Shown one piece after another: positions 36,248 to 49,537 of a stretch of DNA of 64,000 bases; positions within the stretch are counted from its first letter, which is position 1, and each line of letters opens with the position of its first letter. The stretch spans positions 92,490,540 through 92,554,539 of the forward strand of contig NC_057718.1 of the NCBI RefSeq assembly GCF_004010195.1, in the 5' to 3' direction. A program made the translations under genes and the position numbers. The notes beneath the pieces are model-generated. The model was not told the origin of the DNA and searched no databases. It was given only the letters and a program-made list of their open reading frames with translations. The DNA comes from Chiloscyllium plagiosum (lineage: Eukaryota).

Positions 36248-37670
36248 AGCCTAACCTGTATATGAGTACCATTGAGTTTGACCAGAGAATACTGTATCCA
36301 AATACGACAACGTGAATATCTGCACGATTTTTGTCTTTCACAGAAGTTAAGAAGGCAATTAATAACTATCAATTTTGGTGCAAAGCTCAAAAGCTGCATA
36401 ATAAAGTTTGACATTTTCTGAAGCATATATAACCTACACAGTGATATTGAGCAGAAAAAGAATGGATGAGTTCTACGTAGAAGTTATGTCATAGAAATAG
36501 AATACTTGGCACAAACAGTGTGGATAGGCATTTACCTATCACCTGAGCAAAAAATTCTAATTATATTCACCTGTTTTCTGTTTGCATGTTTCAGTCATTT
36601 ATTTTAATTAAATTATCAAATCCAGGTTTGCATTTCCCCTGCTTTACATTTCAGTCATGAAATTTGAAAGTGAATTCCACATTGCCTAATCTTTTTGTGT
36701 GAAAAGGTTTTTATTTGCCCTTTATTCTGTATCTCTAACATTTTGTTCGTATCAGTGCCCTTTGTTTCCAGCAGTTAAGCAATCAGAAACAATCAGTTTC
36801 TATCTCATGCATTCCAACTTTTCAAGCCTCAATATTTTCCCTGTGGTGTTGAGCCCATTAACTGAAGATAGTACTTTGAGGCAGGTGATTTGCTTTTGGA
36901 TGCCTGTCAATTTCTATATCAGACACCTTTATCCTTTGATTATATTCTGCTTGTAAGTCATTCCCAACCTTCTGTTATTTTATATCTAAACTTCCCAAAT
37001 TTGCCAATTATAGTCCAATTTGTAATTTTTTCCCTTATACCTGTTATTCTCTAAACAACCACCCAAACCTCTTGATTGGATTCCAACCTGTAACTCATTG
37101 CTACATATTGACTACTGTAAAAATAAACCATCTGAATTTTCTGGATCAACTCCAGTGTGCAGTTCACGACAGTGGTTGAACTACTTTTCAACAGTAATTG
37201 AATCTGCTGTTCAATAGAAAAGTAATTATTGTTTTGTAAAATGGTATATCATTGTGTTACACTTGTGATACTTGTCAGCCAGTTTTGTAGCAATAATTAG
37301 GTAAATCTTTTATTGAAATTTGTGTATGTCTGTTTTAGGATTAATTTTGTATGCCTCTTGTATTTTTGCATCTCTGCCTCGGCCATGGGCCCTCGACTGT
37401 GTTTGCTGTTTATTTGCTCCCATGTTTGTGGGGCTACATCTTCCAAAGTACGAAAATAGAATTCACATTTAAATATTTTCAATTTTCAGCAAAGATAATC
37501 TACAGCCTGATTATTCAAACCCAAAAGACATAATGTAATTTTGAAACTTTATATTTCAACAAATTAAACACTTTAATGTTTTAAGTCAGTAAGTTGGATC
37601 GTGTTGTTCCCGAAAGAGGGTCCCTGTGCAATTTGTTCTGTGTAGAGAACCCTGAGCCAATATAACAATC

Positions 37671-37794
37671 CCCCCACCTTGTCTCAGTCCTCATTTCCCC
37701 TCCCCCACCTTGTCTCAGTCAAATTCCTCGAACTCATCCTGTTCCTTGGATGCTGCCTGACCTGCTGCGCTTTTCCAGCAACACATTTTCAGCT
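37671..37794 (+). mobile_element. Short Penelope-derived insertion
   Basis: TSD CCAATATAACAATC at 37657-37670 and 37795-37808; pLTR sequence GGATGCTGCCTGACCTGCTGCGCTTTTCCAGCAACAC. Confidence 0.82.
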
Positions 37795-38759
37795 CCAATA
37801 TAACAATCATCTTGTTGATCCAATACTAAAATTAACACAAACACACATCATCTGGATTAACTTTGTAGAGATAATGTCAACTATCCAAATAAGTATTGTT
37901 GAAGAAAATACAGCAACAGAATTCATATTAAAACAGATCAAAAACTCCAAGTTAGTGACAGAAAAGAAACCCAATGATTTCAGGTCGGCCTGAGATTCCC
38001 TTACAAACATTCTGGTGATCAGGGTCTCCCATTGTAAACTATATTTTAATACAACAGTAACAACAGTTGTAATGCACAAGCTCTGTAGCCATGTTTATGT
38101 ATATTGATATTTGATTTAAGACACCTTGCACGCATACAGAATGAAATTAAGTGAACTGATGTAAAGCAATAACTTTTCGATGTCTTGATTCAAATTTTCA
38201 GCTTTATCTGAAATGTTAATACTTAGCTATTTTTTAATCAAATGCAGCACATTAATATGCATTTGGAAATTTTCAGCGACAGAATAAAGATGCTGAATTG
38301 AATGAGAATTCAAACTGATGCAAGTATTGTTATAATCCTCTTTCATTGTAGAACCAGCATTTTCTGAATAATAGGTAATGAATTGCAAATTTGCAAGTGC
38401 TGATGTCATTGAGAGTCATTGGGATGTTAATGTTGACTTTCGTTTTGTGCATTTTATCTGCTAAAACGAATATTAAAGTTCAACATTAAAGTTTTTAAAT
38501 TTCATGAAACATTTGAAAGTCACAAAAGTAACAGTGTTAGAGTAACAAGCTCTGAAAACGTGCTTTCATCCACATTGTCTTTTGGGTTCCTATTAAAGTT
38601 TTGTGGCTTTTTTATTTTTGTTGTCCTGTAGCCTAAGAAAGAAAGAAAGATGAGCAAAGATCAAAGATAAACATTGCATGCATTATTTTGCCAAGTAAAT
38701 GAGACAAGAGGACAAGCTGACCCTTAGATGAATAAAGTTGTTGTCTCTCATTCTTACAG

Positions 38760-38866
38760 CTTTTTGGGGTGAATCTGATGACAGTGCATCCGATATTGAA
38801 GCAATTCTTCATCCGAAGACATCAGAAGTATTTCAGGACGGAGATGATTTTGAAGATTTTTTTTAA
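38760..38866 (+). CDS. KIZ: Kizuna centrosomal protein, terminal coding exon
   Basis: TCTCTCATTCTTACAG acceptor; encodes (A)FWGESDDSASDIEAILHPKTSEVFQDGDDFEDFF*, matching the recalled KIZ C-terminus AFWGESDDSNSEIEAALRP...DDFYD. Confidence 0.88.
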
Positions 38867-39024
38867 CAGCAAAAATTAACCATTCAATTGACAAGGCATT
38901 ATAATGTACCCAGGCTTTGAATATAGAGTTGTTCAGTTGGAGAGAAATGTGTCTCACATGTTGTCATAGAAATTCCGTACAACTGCCTTCTCATTTGTTT
39001 CTTGCATTCAATCATTGTCGCAAA

Positions 39025-39634
39025 AATAAAGAAAATGGTCACCAGAGTGAATGTTTAGGTTTTTTGCATTTTTGCAGTGGCTGAGATTTCTTGGGATAGG
39101 TAATATTTTGAAAAACACAAAACTGGTACAGAAAGAGAGGAGAGTTTTTACAGGTATTGACTTCTTTACTATTTTCTTTTTCACCCAATTCTAACTGACT
39201 GCACTTGAGACCAAATTAAGTACTGTTCAGATAATCATTGTTGAATTTGAAAATTTTGAAATTATGTATGTACAGCAGAGTTCCACAAATAGTAATAAGT
39301 TAATGAACCAATAACCCATTTTAATTATAGCAACTAAGGGCTAAGTATTAAGTCAGGGGAGGATCATTTCTGCTTTAGTCTTTCATTGACATTATCAGGG
39401 TACAAATGAACATTGAAATGTAATCCCAATATAAAGCAAGTTACTTGTCTACTTCACTCTTACTCTCGTCAGTATAAGTGTATATGTGTGTGTGCTGTGC
39501 TATAATAAAGTGACCCTATAAAATACATTGATTTAAAAAAAACAAAAGGGTCACTGTGTCTTGTTGAGCAAAAAAAGAATTTTGAACACAATTGTGTATC
39601 AAACAGGAGGTTCTTAAAATACATCACCAATAAA
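39025..39634 (+). terminator. Candidate KIZ polyadenylation signals
   Basis: AATAAA at 39025, 39504 and 39629; the last is followed by a U-rich tract (TTTTGTTTTT). Confidence 0.45.
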
Positions 39635-41890
39635 GACCAATTTTGTTTTTAGTATCACGTGTCAGTAATATATTTTACCAATGCTGATGCAAATTGAAAG
39701 GCAAATTATTTGCAGTTGCCCTGCTTTGCTCAAAGGTTTTTTGTTGCAGTCTTCAAATGTCAAGCTGATTCCGTGAATGTCAAGTGTTGATTCTGATGAA
39801 TGATTTTTTTTTGTTACAAGAGTATCTAAATAGAGTTTAGATTCCAGTAATAGGAAGTTTAAAAGAATTAAGTGCATTATTTCTACCATAGTAGTTGCCT
39901 TCGAAATCATAAATAGATCAGAATATTGCTCCAGTAAAACCGAATACCTAGTCTCTCCTGAGAACCTCCGCAGTTACAAATGTTAGATTTTAGCCAAATA
40001 GCAATTAAACGATTAACATTATTTGGAATTAACACAAAATGCCCCATTAGTTGCTATTCTTGTATTTGTAGAAATGTATTTACTATGCTGCAAATCTATA
40101 TCATTATAGCTAGCAATGTATTGGAAAGAAGTGCTTGATACCCCTTTCTATCTAATGTATAAGCTGCTACTTATATGTTGTGCTGGGCTTTAAGTCTTGC
40201 TCTGTAGCCCTTTTGGACTTTTTCCAATTGTCCAAAACTGACACCAGTAATGGTGGTTTCACATTATTTAAGTAAAACTTAATATATTACAGCAATGAGC
40301 AGAGTTTATCTGCTATATTCTTTCATCCATTTGTTTCTTTAGTTGCAGCTGTCACATCCTGTTCCATATTCTTCCCACAGTTTGCTCTTGTTTACCCTTC
40401 AGGTGCTAACTGTTGAATCTTCTTGCCGCAAAATTCATCCCATCCCATTTTCTGCCATGCTCCCACCAACCTACCCATAATGATATGTACAGGTATAAGA
40501 TAGCATTTGTGTTCCTCATCACTTTCTCTTCTTTCACCACAAACTGCTATGTCTAGATTTTTGCCCAAGTGGAGAGCCTCTTGTGGTGAAAATGGTGGAC
40601 AAGCATGGAAATCACAGATCCTGTCCCAGATGTGTCACTTTATATTTTTGCAGGGGCTGGTTGTGTTCTCTCATGCACAGTTCAGAGGCAGCTGGCCATA
40701 TACATCATCAGCTACTTACACTTGTGTGATATTGATTTGGGAAACCTGAACCGTGCAGAATAGATCTGGTCTGAACTTTGTGCATTTCTTAGGTTAGCCA
40801 AGGTATCACGTTGAAGAAAGAGGATTGGGATACAATCCCAGGACACCTTTGGGGCAGTTCAGGTGCACATTAGAATTTATAAAAAGCAGGCATCTGTGTT
40901 CATAATAATGCATCAACTCATTAAACACCAAACTCAACTGCTAACAGACTTGTTGAGATTAATTGTCAAAAGCAATGGCTAAGAGGACCTGACAAAAGTG
41001 TCAACAGAAACTAATCAACAGAGAGACAAATTGTGCTTGACAAATTTGCTGGAGTTCTTTGAGGATGCAATCAGCAAGATGGATAATGCGGCTCTAGTCG
41101 ATGTGGTGTATCTAGACTTCCAGAAGGCATTTGACAAGAGGCTGCATATAAGATTGATCCAGAAGGCTAGATGCTGGAAGTAATGGCTAGATTATTGGCT
41201 TGGATAAAGGATTGACTGAGTGATAGAAAACAGCGGGTCAGGATAAATGGGTCCTTGTCTGGATGGTGAACTGTAACGAGTAGGGGGCCGCAGGGTTCAG
41301 TTCTCGGACCTCATCTATTTACAATCTATACAAATGATCTGTAAGCAAGATCAAAGTGTAACATAGCAAAATTTGCTGACAATATGAAAATAGTTGGGAA
41401 AGCAGGCAGTGATGAGGAGATAAGGAATTTACAGATGCATATTGATAGACGAGGAGAATGGTCCAAAATCTGGCAGATGGAGTTTAATGTGGATATGTGC
41501 AAGTTTGGCCAGAAAAAAAGGGCAAATTATTATTTAATTGGGAAGCAGATTCAAAGTACGTTAGTGCAGAGGGATCTGGATGTCTTTGTGCATGAATTGC
41601 AGAAAGTGGGTATGGAGGTACAGCATATAATAAAAAAAAATGGAATCCCGGCATTTATTGTAAAAGGACTGATTATAAAAGTAAAGAAATGTTACAATTA
41701 TAAGACGTTTGTGAGAATATGCCAAGAATATTGTGACTAGTTTTGGTCTCTTTACTTGAGGAAGGATGTGGTGGTGGTTCAGATAAGGATCACCAGGTTG
41801 ATTCCAGGGATGAAAAGGCTATTGTACGACGAGTGGATGAATAGCTTGGGCTTGTACTCGCTGGAGTTCAGAAGAATGGGGGGCGGTATC

Positions 41891-42172
41891 TGAAACAAAA
41901 ACAGAAATTTCTGGAAAAGCTCAGCAGGTCTGGCAGCATCTGTGAAGAGAAATTAATTAACGTTTCAGGACCAGTGACACTTCCTCAGAACTGATGGTGG
42001 CGAGGAAAATGTCAGTTTATATGCAGAAAACAAATGTGGAGGGAGGAGATAAGGAGTAACTGATAGGTGGGAATCAAGCCCAAAAAGAGAGAAGAACAGT
42101 TAAACAGACAAAGGAATAGATAATAATCTGGCCAGGAGGGTGAATAGCTGTTCGTGGAGACTTAGTGGCTAA
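41891..42172 (-). mobile_element. Penelope pLTR fragment with degenerate hammerhead
   Basis: Reverse complement of 41955-41992 is AGTT-CTGAGGA-A-GTGTC ACTG GTCCT-GAAA-CGTT-AATT. Confidence 0.7.
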
Positions 42173-42297
42173 ACGGAGGAAATCTGATTGAGGTACATAA
42201 CACAAAAAAGAGGAATGATAAGGTGAATGTTGAACAAGAGGGCATAGATATAGTGAGATCAGATAGCTTCAAAACTGAGATGAGGAGAAACTATTTG

Positions 42298-44082
42298 TAG
42301 AGTCATAGAGATGTACAGCATGGAAACACACCCTTCGGTCCAACCTGTCCATGCCGACCAGATATCCCAACCCAATCTAGTCCCACCTGCCAGCACCTGG
42401 CCCATATCCATCCAAAGCCTTCCTTTTCATATACCCATCCAAATGCCTCTTAAATATTGTAATTGTACCAGCCTCCACCACATCCTCTGGCAGATCATTC
42501 CATATACGCATCACGCTCTGCGTGAAAAGGTTGCCCCTTAGGTCTCTTTTATATCTTTCCTCTCTCACCCTAAACCTATGCCCACTAGTTCTGGACTCCC
42601 CGATCCTAGGGAAAAGACTTTGTCTATTTATCCTATCCATGCCCTTCATAATTTTGTAAACCTCTATAAGGTCACCCCTCAGCCTCCGACGCTCCAGGGA
42701 AAACAACCCCAGCCTGTTCAGCCTCTCCCTATAGCTCAAATCCTCCAATCCTGGCAACATCCTTGTAAATCTTTTCTGAACCCTTTCAAGTTTCACAACA
42801 TCTTTCCGATAGGAAGGAGATCAGGATTGCATGCAATATTCCAACAGTGGTCTTACCAATGTCCTGCACAGCCGCAACATGACCTCCCAACTCCTGTACT
42901 CAATACACTGACCAATAAAGGAAAGCATACCAAACGCCTNNNNNNNNNNNNNNNNNNNNNNNNNNNNNNNNNNNNNNNNNNNNNNNNNNNNNNNNNNNNN
43001 NNNNNNNNNNNNNNNNNNNNNNNNNNNNNNNNNNNNNNNNNNNNNNNNNNNNNNNNNNNNNNNNNNNNNNNNNNNNNNNNNNNNNNNNNNNNNNNNNNNN
43101 NNNNNNNNNNNNNNNNNNNNNNNNNNNNNNNNNNNNNNNNNNNNNNNNNNNNNNNNNNNNNNNNNNNNNNNNNNNNNNNNNNNNNNNNNNNNNNNNNNNN
43201 NNNNNNNNNNNNNNNNNNNNNNNNNNNNNNNNNNNNNNNNNNNNNNNNNNNNNNNNNNNNNNNNNNNNNNNNNNNNNNNNNNNNNNNNNNNNNNNNNNNN
43301 NNNNNNNNNNNNNNNNNNNNNNNNNNNNNNNNNNNNNNNNNNNNNNNNNNNNNNNNNNNNNNNNNNNNNNNNNNNNNNNNNNNNNNNNNNNNNNNNNNNN
43401 NNNNNNNNNNNNNNNNNNNNNNNNNNNNNNNNNNNNNNNNNNNNNNNNNNNNNNNNNNNNNNNNNNNNNNNNNNNNNNNNNNNNAGTCTTCAGGCACCTC
43501 ACCTATGATTATTGATGTTACAAATATCTCAGCAAGAGGCCAACCAATTACTTCTCTAGCTTCCCACAGAGTTTTCGGGTACACCTGATCAGGTCCTGGG
43601 GATTTATCCACCTTTAACCGTTTCAAGACAACCAGCACTTACTCCTCTGTAATCTGGACATTTTGCAAGATGTCACTATCTATTTCCCTACAGTCTATAT
43701 CTTCCATATCCTTTTCCACAGTAAATACTGATGCAAAATATTCATTTAGTATCTCTCCCATTTTCTGTGGCTCCACACAAAGGCTGCCTTGCTGATCTTT
43801 GAGGGGCCCTAGTCTCTTCCTAGTTATTCTTTTGTCCTTAATATCTTTGTAAAAACCCTTTGGATTCTCCTTAATTCTATTTGCCAATGCTATCTCCTGT
43901 CCCCTTTTTGCCCTCCTGATTTCCCTCTAAAGTATACTCTTATTGCCTTTATACTCTAAGGATTCACTTGATCTATCCTGTCTATGCCTGACATATGCTT
44001 CCTTCTTTTTCTTAACCAAACCCTCAATTTCTTTAGTCATCCAGCATTCCCTATACCTACCAGCCTTCCCTTTCACTCTGAC
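42298..44082 (-). mobile_element. Young CR1 (HER1-like) LINE spanning an assembly gap
   Basis: Little-degraded MKLERVQKRFTRMLPGLE...WNDLPEDVVEAG; KSPGPDQVYPKTL; tail CTCTATGACTCTA. Confidence 0.92.
42940..43484. other. Assembly gap (N run)
   Basis: 545 N. Confidence 1.
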
Positions 44083-44629
44083 AGGATCTTCTCTCAGAGG
44101 ATTGTGAATCTGTGGAACTCACTGCCAAAAGAGTGCAGGGGAGACAGGATCAACAGATTCAAGAAAGAACTAGATATATTACCGATGAAAAGCAAGACAA
44201 AGGTCAGTGGGGAGCAGGCAGGAAAGACCAGGATAAGATCAGCAATGTTCATGGTTAACGGTGGAGTGGGCTCAAAGGGCTGAATTGCCTACTTCTGCTG
44301 CAAGTTTCTATGTTCATATGAAAGAACTGCCTAAGGAAGTTGTCAGTATATCAAGGCATTTGAAAGTCCTGTGTTTTAAATCTTGGAATAAACATTTGGA
44401 GTGTTTAACAAAAATCATTGCTACTTCAATCTGTGTTGCCATGAGCCTGAGGGTTCCCATTACAGGAATTATTTCACAACCATCTATTTTCACAGGGCTG
44501 TGCCTGTAACATTACAGTTTGATTGACTGCTACAAGTGATTGTTGCCTCTTTGAGTGCAATTATGAATTTCAATGCTTATCATTATAAGTGACCAGGCAC
44601 TGGGGGGATAAAAGTTACGTAATTGAAGG

Positions 44630-45012
44630 CTGTTGTGGTGTCACCATAGTCTGACTAGACCATCGGGGCTGCTCTCTTATTAAAGAGAAGTAGCTGGTGA
44701 TGATTTAACCTGAGTGCCACCAGACCTCAGGCGAGGGAAGAGTTGAGAAGGAAAATCCTTCATGGTAGTCTCAAACCAGTGGTAGAATTGAATGCACGCT
44801 GTTGGTGTCACACTACTCTGTAAACTGAGGGTTTTCCTGATGAAGGGCTTTTGCCCGAAACGTCGATTTTACTGCTCCTCGGATGCTGCCTGAACTGCTG
44901 TGCTTTTCCAGCACCAATCTAATCTAGACTCTCGTTTCCAGCATCTGCAGTCATTATTTTTATCTTTATAACTACTCTGTAAATCAATGATCCAGCCAAC
45001 TGAGCTAAACCA
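44630..45012 (-). mobile_element. tRNA-derived SINE of a different family, interrupted by a PLE mini-element
   Basis: Reverse complement begins GGTTTAGCTCAGTTGG (A box); B-box-like ATTCAATTC follows once the insert is removed. Confidence 0.6.
44825..44970 (+). mobile_element. Penelope pLTR-only insertion with intact hammerhead core
   Basis: TSD ACTACTCTGTAAA at 44812-44824 and 44971-44983; CTGATGA-A-GGGC TTTT GCCC-GAAA-CGTC at 44837-44864. Confidence 0.9.
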
Positions 45013-45122
45013 ATTCCTGAACTGAAGGTATTTAAATACATTACATGTGTTTTTCATGAATGAGTATTTTCAATGTAGTGAAGTCTGCAATAGAAAATAC
45101 ATATTTTGTACGACCTTATTTT

Positions 45123-48100
45123 TTTGTAAATATATTTATTAACAAATTTTTTTAACTTTACAAACATATAAAATTATTGAAAAATACAATCAATTACAAA
45201 TATCAGAATAATAAAAAGAAAAAAACCATAAGTTACAATACAACTACTGACTACTAACTACTAACCTACCCTATAATACAAAACAAACCCTAACACTGTA
45301 CAAAGCAACACCGAAAAAAAGAAAGGAAAGCAAAATAAAAACAAAATACAGAACAGCTATGCTCGGTGCAAAGCTCCAGAACAAAGGAACGGGAGCGTTG
45401 TATATATACCCGTATTAACTCAGGAGACCCCTTCCAGGGCCCAGGGCTTGACAAATCTAACCATCCTGGTTAAACAAACGCCCGAGTTAAGATAACTGAC
45501 AAATCTATATCCAAATAACTCAAGTAGGGCTGCCGTGTGTTATAAAAATGGTCTGCTGTGTGGTGTACCATGTTTGTAAAAAAAAGTCCAATGGAATGTG
45601 CTCCATAATTAATTTCTGCCATCCCAGCAAGCCTGGCAGGTTCTCAGACACCCAATTCATCAGAATATTCTTCCATGCATAGTATACAAGAGTATTAAAT
45701 GGTTCTTTACCATGCCCATCTAAAGATGGTAAATTTGGTAGACCGAAGAGGAGAGATTTCGGGTCTACTTTGACTTCAGTCCTCAATACCCTCCCTATCT
45801 CTCCTGCCACAGTGCTCCAATAAACACGGAGCCTGTGGCAAGTCCAGAAGCAATGAGTAAGAGTACCTACATTTATTTTACATTTGGGACACACTGAAGT
45901 TTTTTAAACTTCACAGACGGTCTGGTGCCAGATGAGCCCTGTGCAGAACTTTTAACTGCGTAGTGCATGTCCTATTACAGATTGAGATCTTTCGAGTATT
46001 TTCCCATATGTTCTCCCATGTTTCAGAAGAGATCTCCACTCCTAGCTCTTGCTCCCAGACCTTACATGACCAGTTAATATCCTGCCAGGCCCTGCCATCC
46101 AGCAGGCGATAGAGAGCACTAACTGAAAGGGTGCTTGTGGAGTGTAGCAACAACCTCTCTGTATCGGGCTTATAGGGCTTAGTGAGAAGCATAGTCTTCT
46201 TCTGGATGAAATCCCTAACTTGAAAAAAACGGAAAAGATCTCTGCTGGACAACCCGTGTTTGCAGCTCAGTTGCTCAAAAGACATCATAACCTCCCCCTC
46301 AAACAATTCTCCCAAACTAGAAACTCCTCTCGCTGCCCATAGTTTGAACCCTAAGTCATCATTCCTGGTCGCAACCCTGCCATGCCAACTATAGGAATAA
46401 ATGGCGAATTCTTGGATAAACAACCCTTACTCTGACGCATCGCCCTCCATGCTTTGGCTGTACTAATGACAATGGGGTTCCGGCAGTGGTCCATAACTGT
46501 CCTCATCCATGAACAATAGGTTAATAAGAGGGCACTTTGCTTGGGAGGCGTCAATATCCAGCCACATTGAGTTTGAATTGTTACCTATCCAATCGCAGAC
46601 AAAGGACAGCAGGGAACTCAATTGATACCTTCTGATGTCTGGGAAATCAACTCCTCCCCCTCCTTGAGGCAACTGCAATTTAGTGAGGGGCCGCCCACGA
46701 TGCCAGACAAAGGAACCAAACCACCCCATAAGCTTCTGCAGCATTGATCTGGGAAACATTATCAGGAGCATAGGCATGGGATAAAGCAAACGAGGAAGAA
46801 CATTCAACTTAATGAGAGATATTCGCCTCAGCTGTGAAATTGGAAGAGCCTCCCATCTCTGGAGATCTCGCCTAATATTGTCGAGCAAAAGAGCAAAGTT
46901 CATCTGATATAACAGATCAAACCTGGGGGTAATAAAAATGCCTAGGTATCGGAACCCTGCCCGTGACCACTTAAAAGGGAACTTAGGGACACTTTCAACT
47001 TCTGGCACATCCTGAAGGTTCCCCAAAGGCATAGCCTCCGATTTTGCAAAGTTAATCTTGTAAACTGAAATAGCCCCAAATGAATTGATACATTGTATCA
47101 AATGGGGCACGGAGGTCATTGGGTTCGATAAAAACAGAAGGACATCATCTGCGTACAGTGTAATCTTGTGTGCCCTCGATCCCATTTCTGGAGTGGTTAT
47201 GTGGGCTTTCTGACGAATGGCCTCTGCCAGCGGCTCTATCACCAACGTAAACAACAACGGTGAGAGGGGGCAGCCTGCCCCTACCAATCTTAAAATTCCC
47301 AGACCTCACCCCGTTGGTGATAACCATGGCCAGAGGGTGGCGATATAAAACCTCCACCCACCTAGCAAAGACTCCACCCAACCCGAACTGTTCTAAGACA
47401 TAAAAAAGATACGGCCATTCCACCGGGTCAAATGCTTTCTCTGCATCTAAGGAAATCACCAACCCCAGAATCGATTGTTGCTGACAAACTTGAACCACAT
47501 TCAGCAACCTTCTAATATTATTAGAGGACCTACGGCCCCTTATAAAGCCTGTCTGGTCCTCTTTAATAATATGGGGCAACACCCTTTCCAATCTCAGTGA
47601 CAGAATCTTGAAATCCGAATTTAATAGAGAGATGGGCCTGTATGTGGCACAATCCTCAGGAACCTTCCCCTTCTTAAGAATTAAGGAAATATTAGCTTCC
47701 CTCAAAGATAGTGGTAGGCATTCCTACATATAGGAGTGATTGTACATCTCCAACATCAGCCCTGACAGAATCCCTATAAACTCTTTATAAAACTCACCCA
47801 GCCGACCATCAGAGCCAGGCGCTTTCCCACTCTGAAGTTGCCTAGCTGCCTCCTGTATTTGCTGAACTGTCAAGGGGGCATTAAGGAGAGAGGCCTGTTC
47901 TAAGGTTACCCCTGAGAGGTCCAAGTTCTTAAAGAAAGGTCTCCATTTTAGCCCTCCTGTTCTCGCAACCTTCAGACCGATACATTTCAGAGTAAAAGCT
48001 CCGAAAAGCCTCATTAATCCTTTTAGCATCATATGTAAGGACCCCAGCACTGTCTCTGATTGCAGCAATGGATTGTGGAGCACGCTTTTTCCTAGTCAGG

Positions 48101-48986
48101 TATGCTAAGTACTTTCCTGGCCTATCTCCATATTCAAACAGCCTTTGTCTAGCAAAAGCAAGTTCTTTCTTTGCGTTTTGTGTCAATATTGAATTCAAGA
48201 CAGCCCAGAGGGCCGTGATCCGCTATAGCTTAGTCACTGAGGGCCGCGCAAAATGTGCTGCGTCGGCGGCTTTCAACCGCATCTCAAATAGACGCTGCTG
48301 TTCCTCCTTCTGTCGTTTCCAGCGAGCCGAATAGGAAATAGCTAATCTCCTAGCAAAGGCCTCAGCAGTCTCCCATAGCATGGACAGACTACTAGCCGTG
48401 CCTGAGTTGATAGTCAAGAATTCCCGAAACTCCTTCAAAACGTATTCCACAAATTTCGAATCCTTAAGGAGAAAATGGTCCAAATGCCAGTGCCGCAAAC
48501 CTAGCCCTTCACTCTTGGCCTTAATCTCCAAATATACTGCCGCATGATCAGAGATAAATATATTCCCAATTTTACAATCCATAATCGAATCCAGAAGGGC
48601 CGAGGAAGCCAGAAAGAGGTCAATCCTACTGTGACATTTATACGGGTTTGAAAATAAGGTGAAGTCCCTGCCAGTAGGGTGAAGACATCTCCAAATATCC
48701 ACCAGTCTCAACTCCTCGCATAAGTCAACCACCTGCTCAGCATGCAAAGAAATAGTTGGGGGCCCACATGGCATCCTGTCCACTGTTGGATCCAAAAGAC
48801 AATTAAAATCCCCCCCCCCCCTATAATAATGTGCCGTGTTCCAAAAGCACTCAACTTAGAGAAAGCACTAATCAAAAATTTGAGGGGATGCGCTGGAGGA
48901 CAGTAGACATTTAAATTGCGCCAAGTATAAGTAAATAAAGACTCGTGGAGTCGAAGAACTATATATACAAAATCTACTCTATCATA
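45123..48986 (-). mobile_element. L1-clade LINE, 5'-truncated within the endonuclease, ORF2 disrupted
   Basis: EN (NVYCPP, SRIDLFL, SDHAAV), RT (SLDAEKAFD, GCPLSPLLF, LYADDVLLFL), C-terminal CPKC...HCFWTC; AATAAA + A tail; TSD GTACGACCTTATTTT at 45108-45122 and 48987-49001; TT/AAAA target on -. Confidence 0.95.
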
Positions 48987-49029
48987 GTACGACCTTATTT
49001 TAACACATCTCTGCATAGGTCCTGAGTTC

Positions 49030-49537
49030 TGTCATAAAGTCATAGAAATGTACAGCACACAAACAGACCCTTCGGTCCAACCCGTCCATGCTGACCAGAT
49101 ATCCCAACCTAATCAAATCCCACTTGCCAGCACCCGGCCCATATCCCTCTAAAGCCTTCCTATTCATATACCCACCCAGATGCCTTTTAAATGTTGCAAT
49201 TGTACTAGCCTCCACCCCTTCCTCTGGCACCTCATTTCCATACACTTACCACTTTCTGTGTGAAAACATTGCCCCTTAGGTCTCTTTTATATCTTTCCCC
49301 TCTCACCCTAAACCTATGCCCTCTAATTCTGGACTCCCCCACTCCACGGAAAAGACTTTGTCTATTTATCCTATTCATGCCCCTCATGATTTTATAAACC
49401 TCTATAAGGTCACCCCTCAGCCTCCGACACTCCAGGGAAAATAGCTCCAGCCTATTCAGCCTCTCCCTATAGCTCAAACCCTCCAACCCTGGCAACATCC
49501 TTGTAAATCTTTTCTGAACCTTTTCATGTTTCACAAC
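49030..49537 (-). mobile_element. CR1 (HER1-like) 3' fragment
   Basis: VQKRFTRMLPGLEGLSYRERLNRL; near copy of 42298-42800. Confidence 0.92.

Larger units (their letters stand above)
41025..44315 (+). mobile_element. CR1 LINE (RT to 3' UTR) hosting two nested insertions
   Basis: CLTNLLEFFEDA...VYLDFQKAFDK and WQMEFNVD; resumes at ~42175 and ~44085 (FSQRIVNLWNSLP). Confidence 0.88.

Noticed and set aside
42578..43638. Long ORFs of 200-336 aa
   Set aside because: They read through the N gap; artefacts within a CR1 copy
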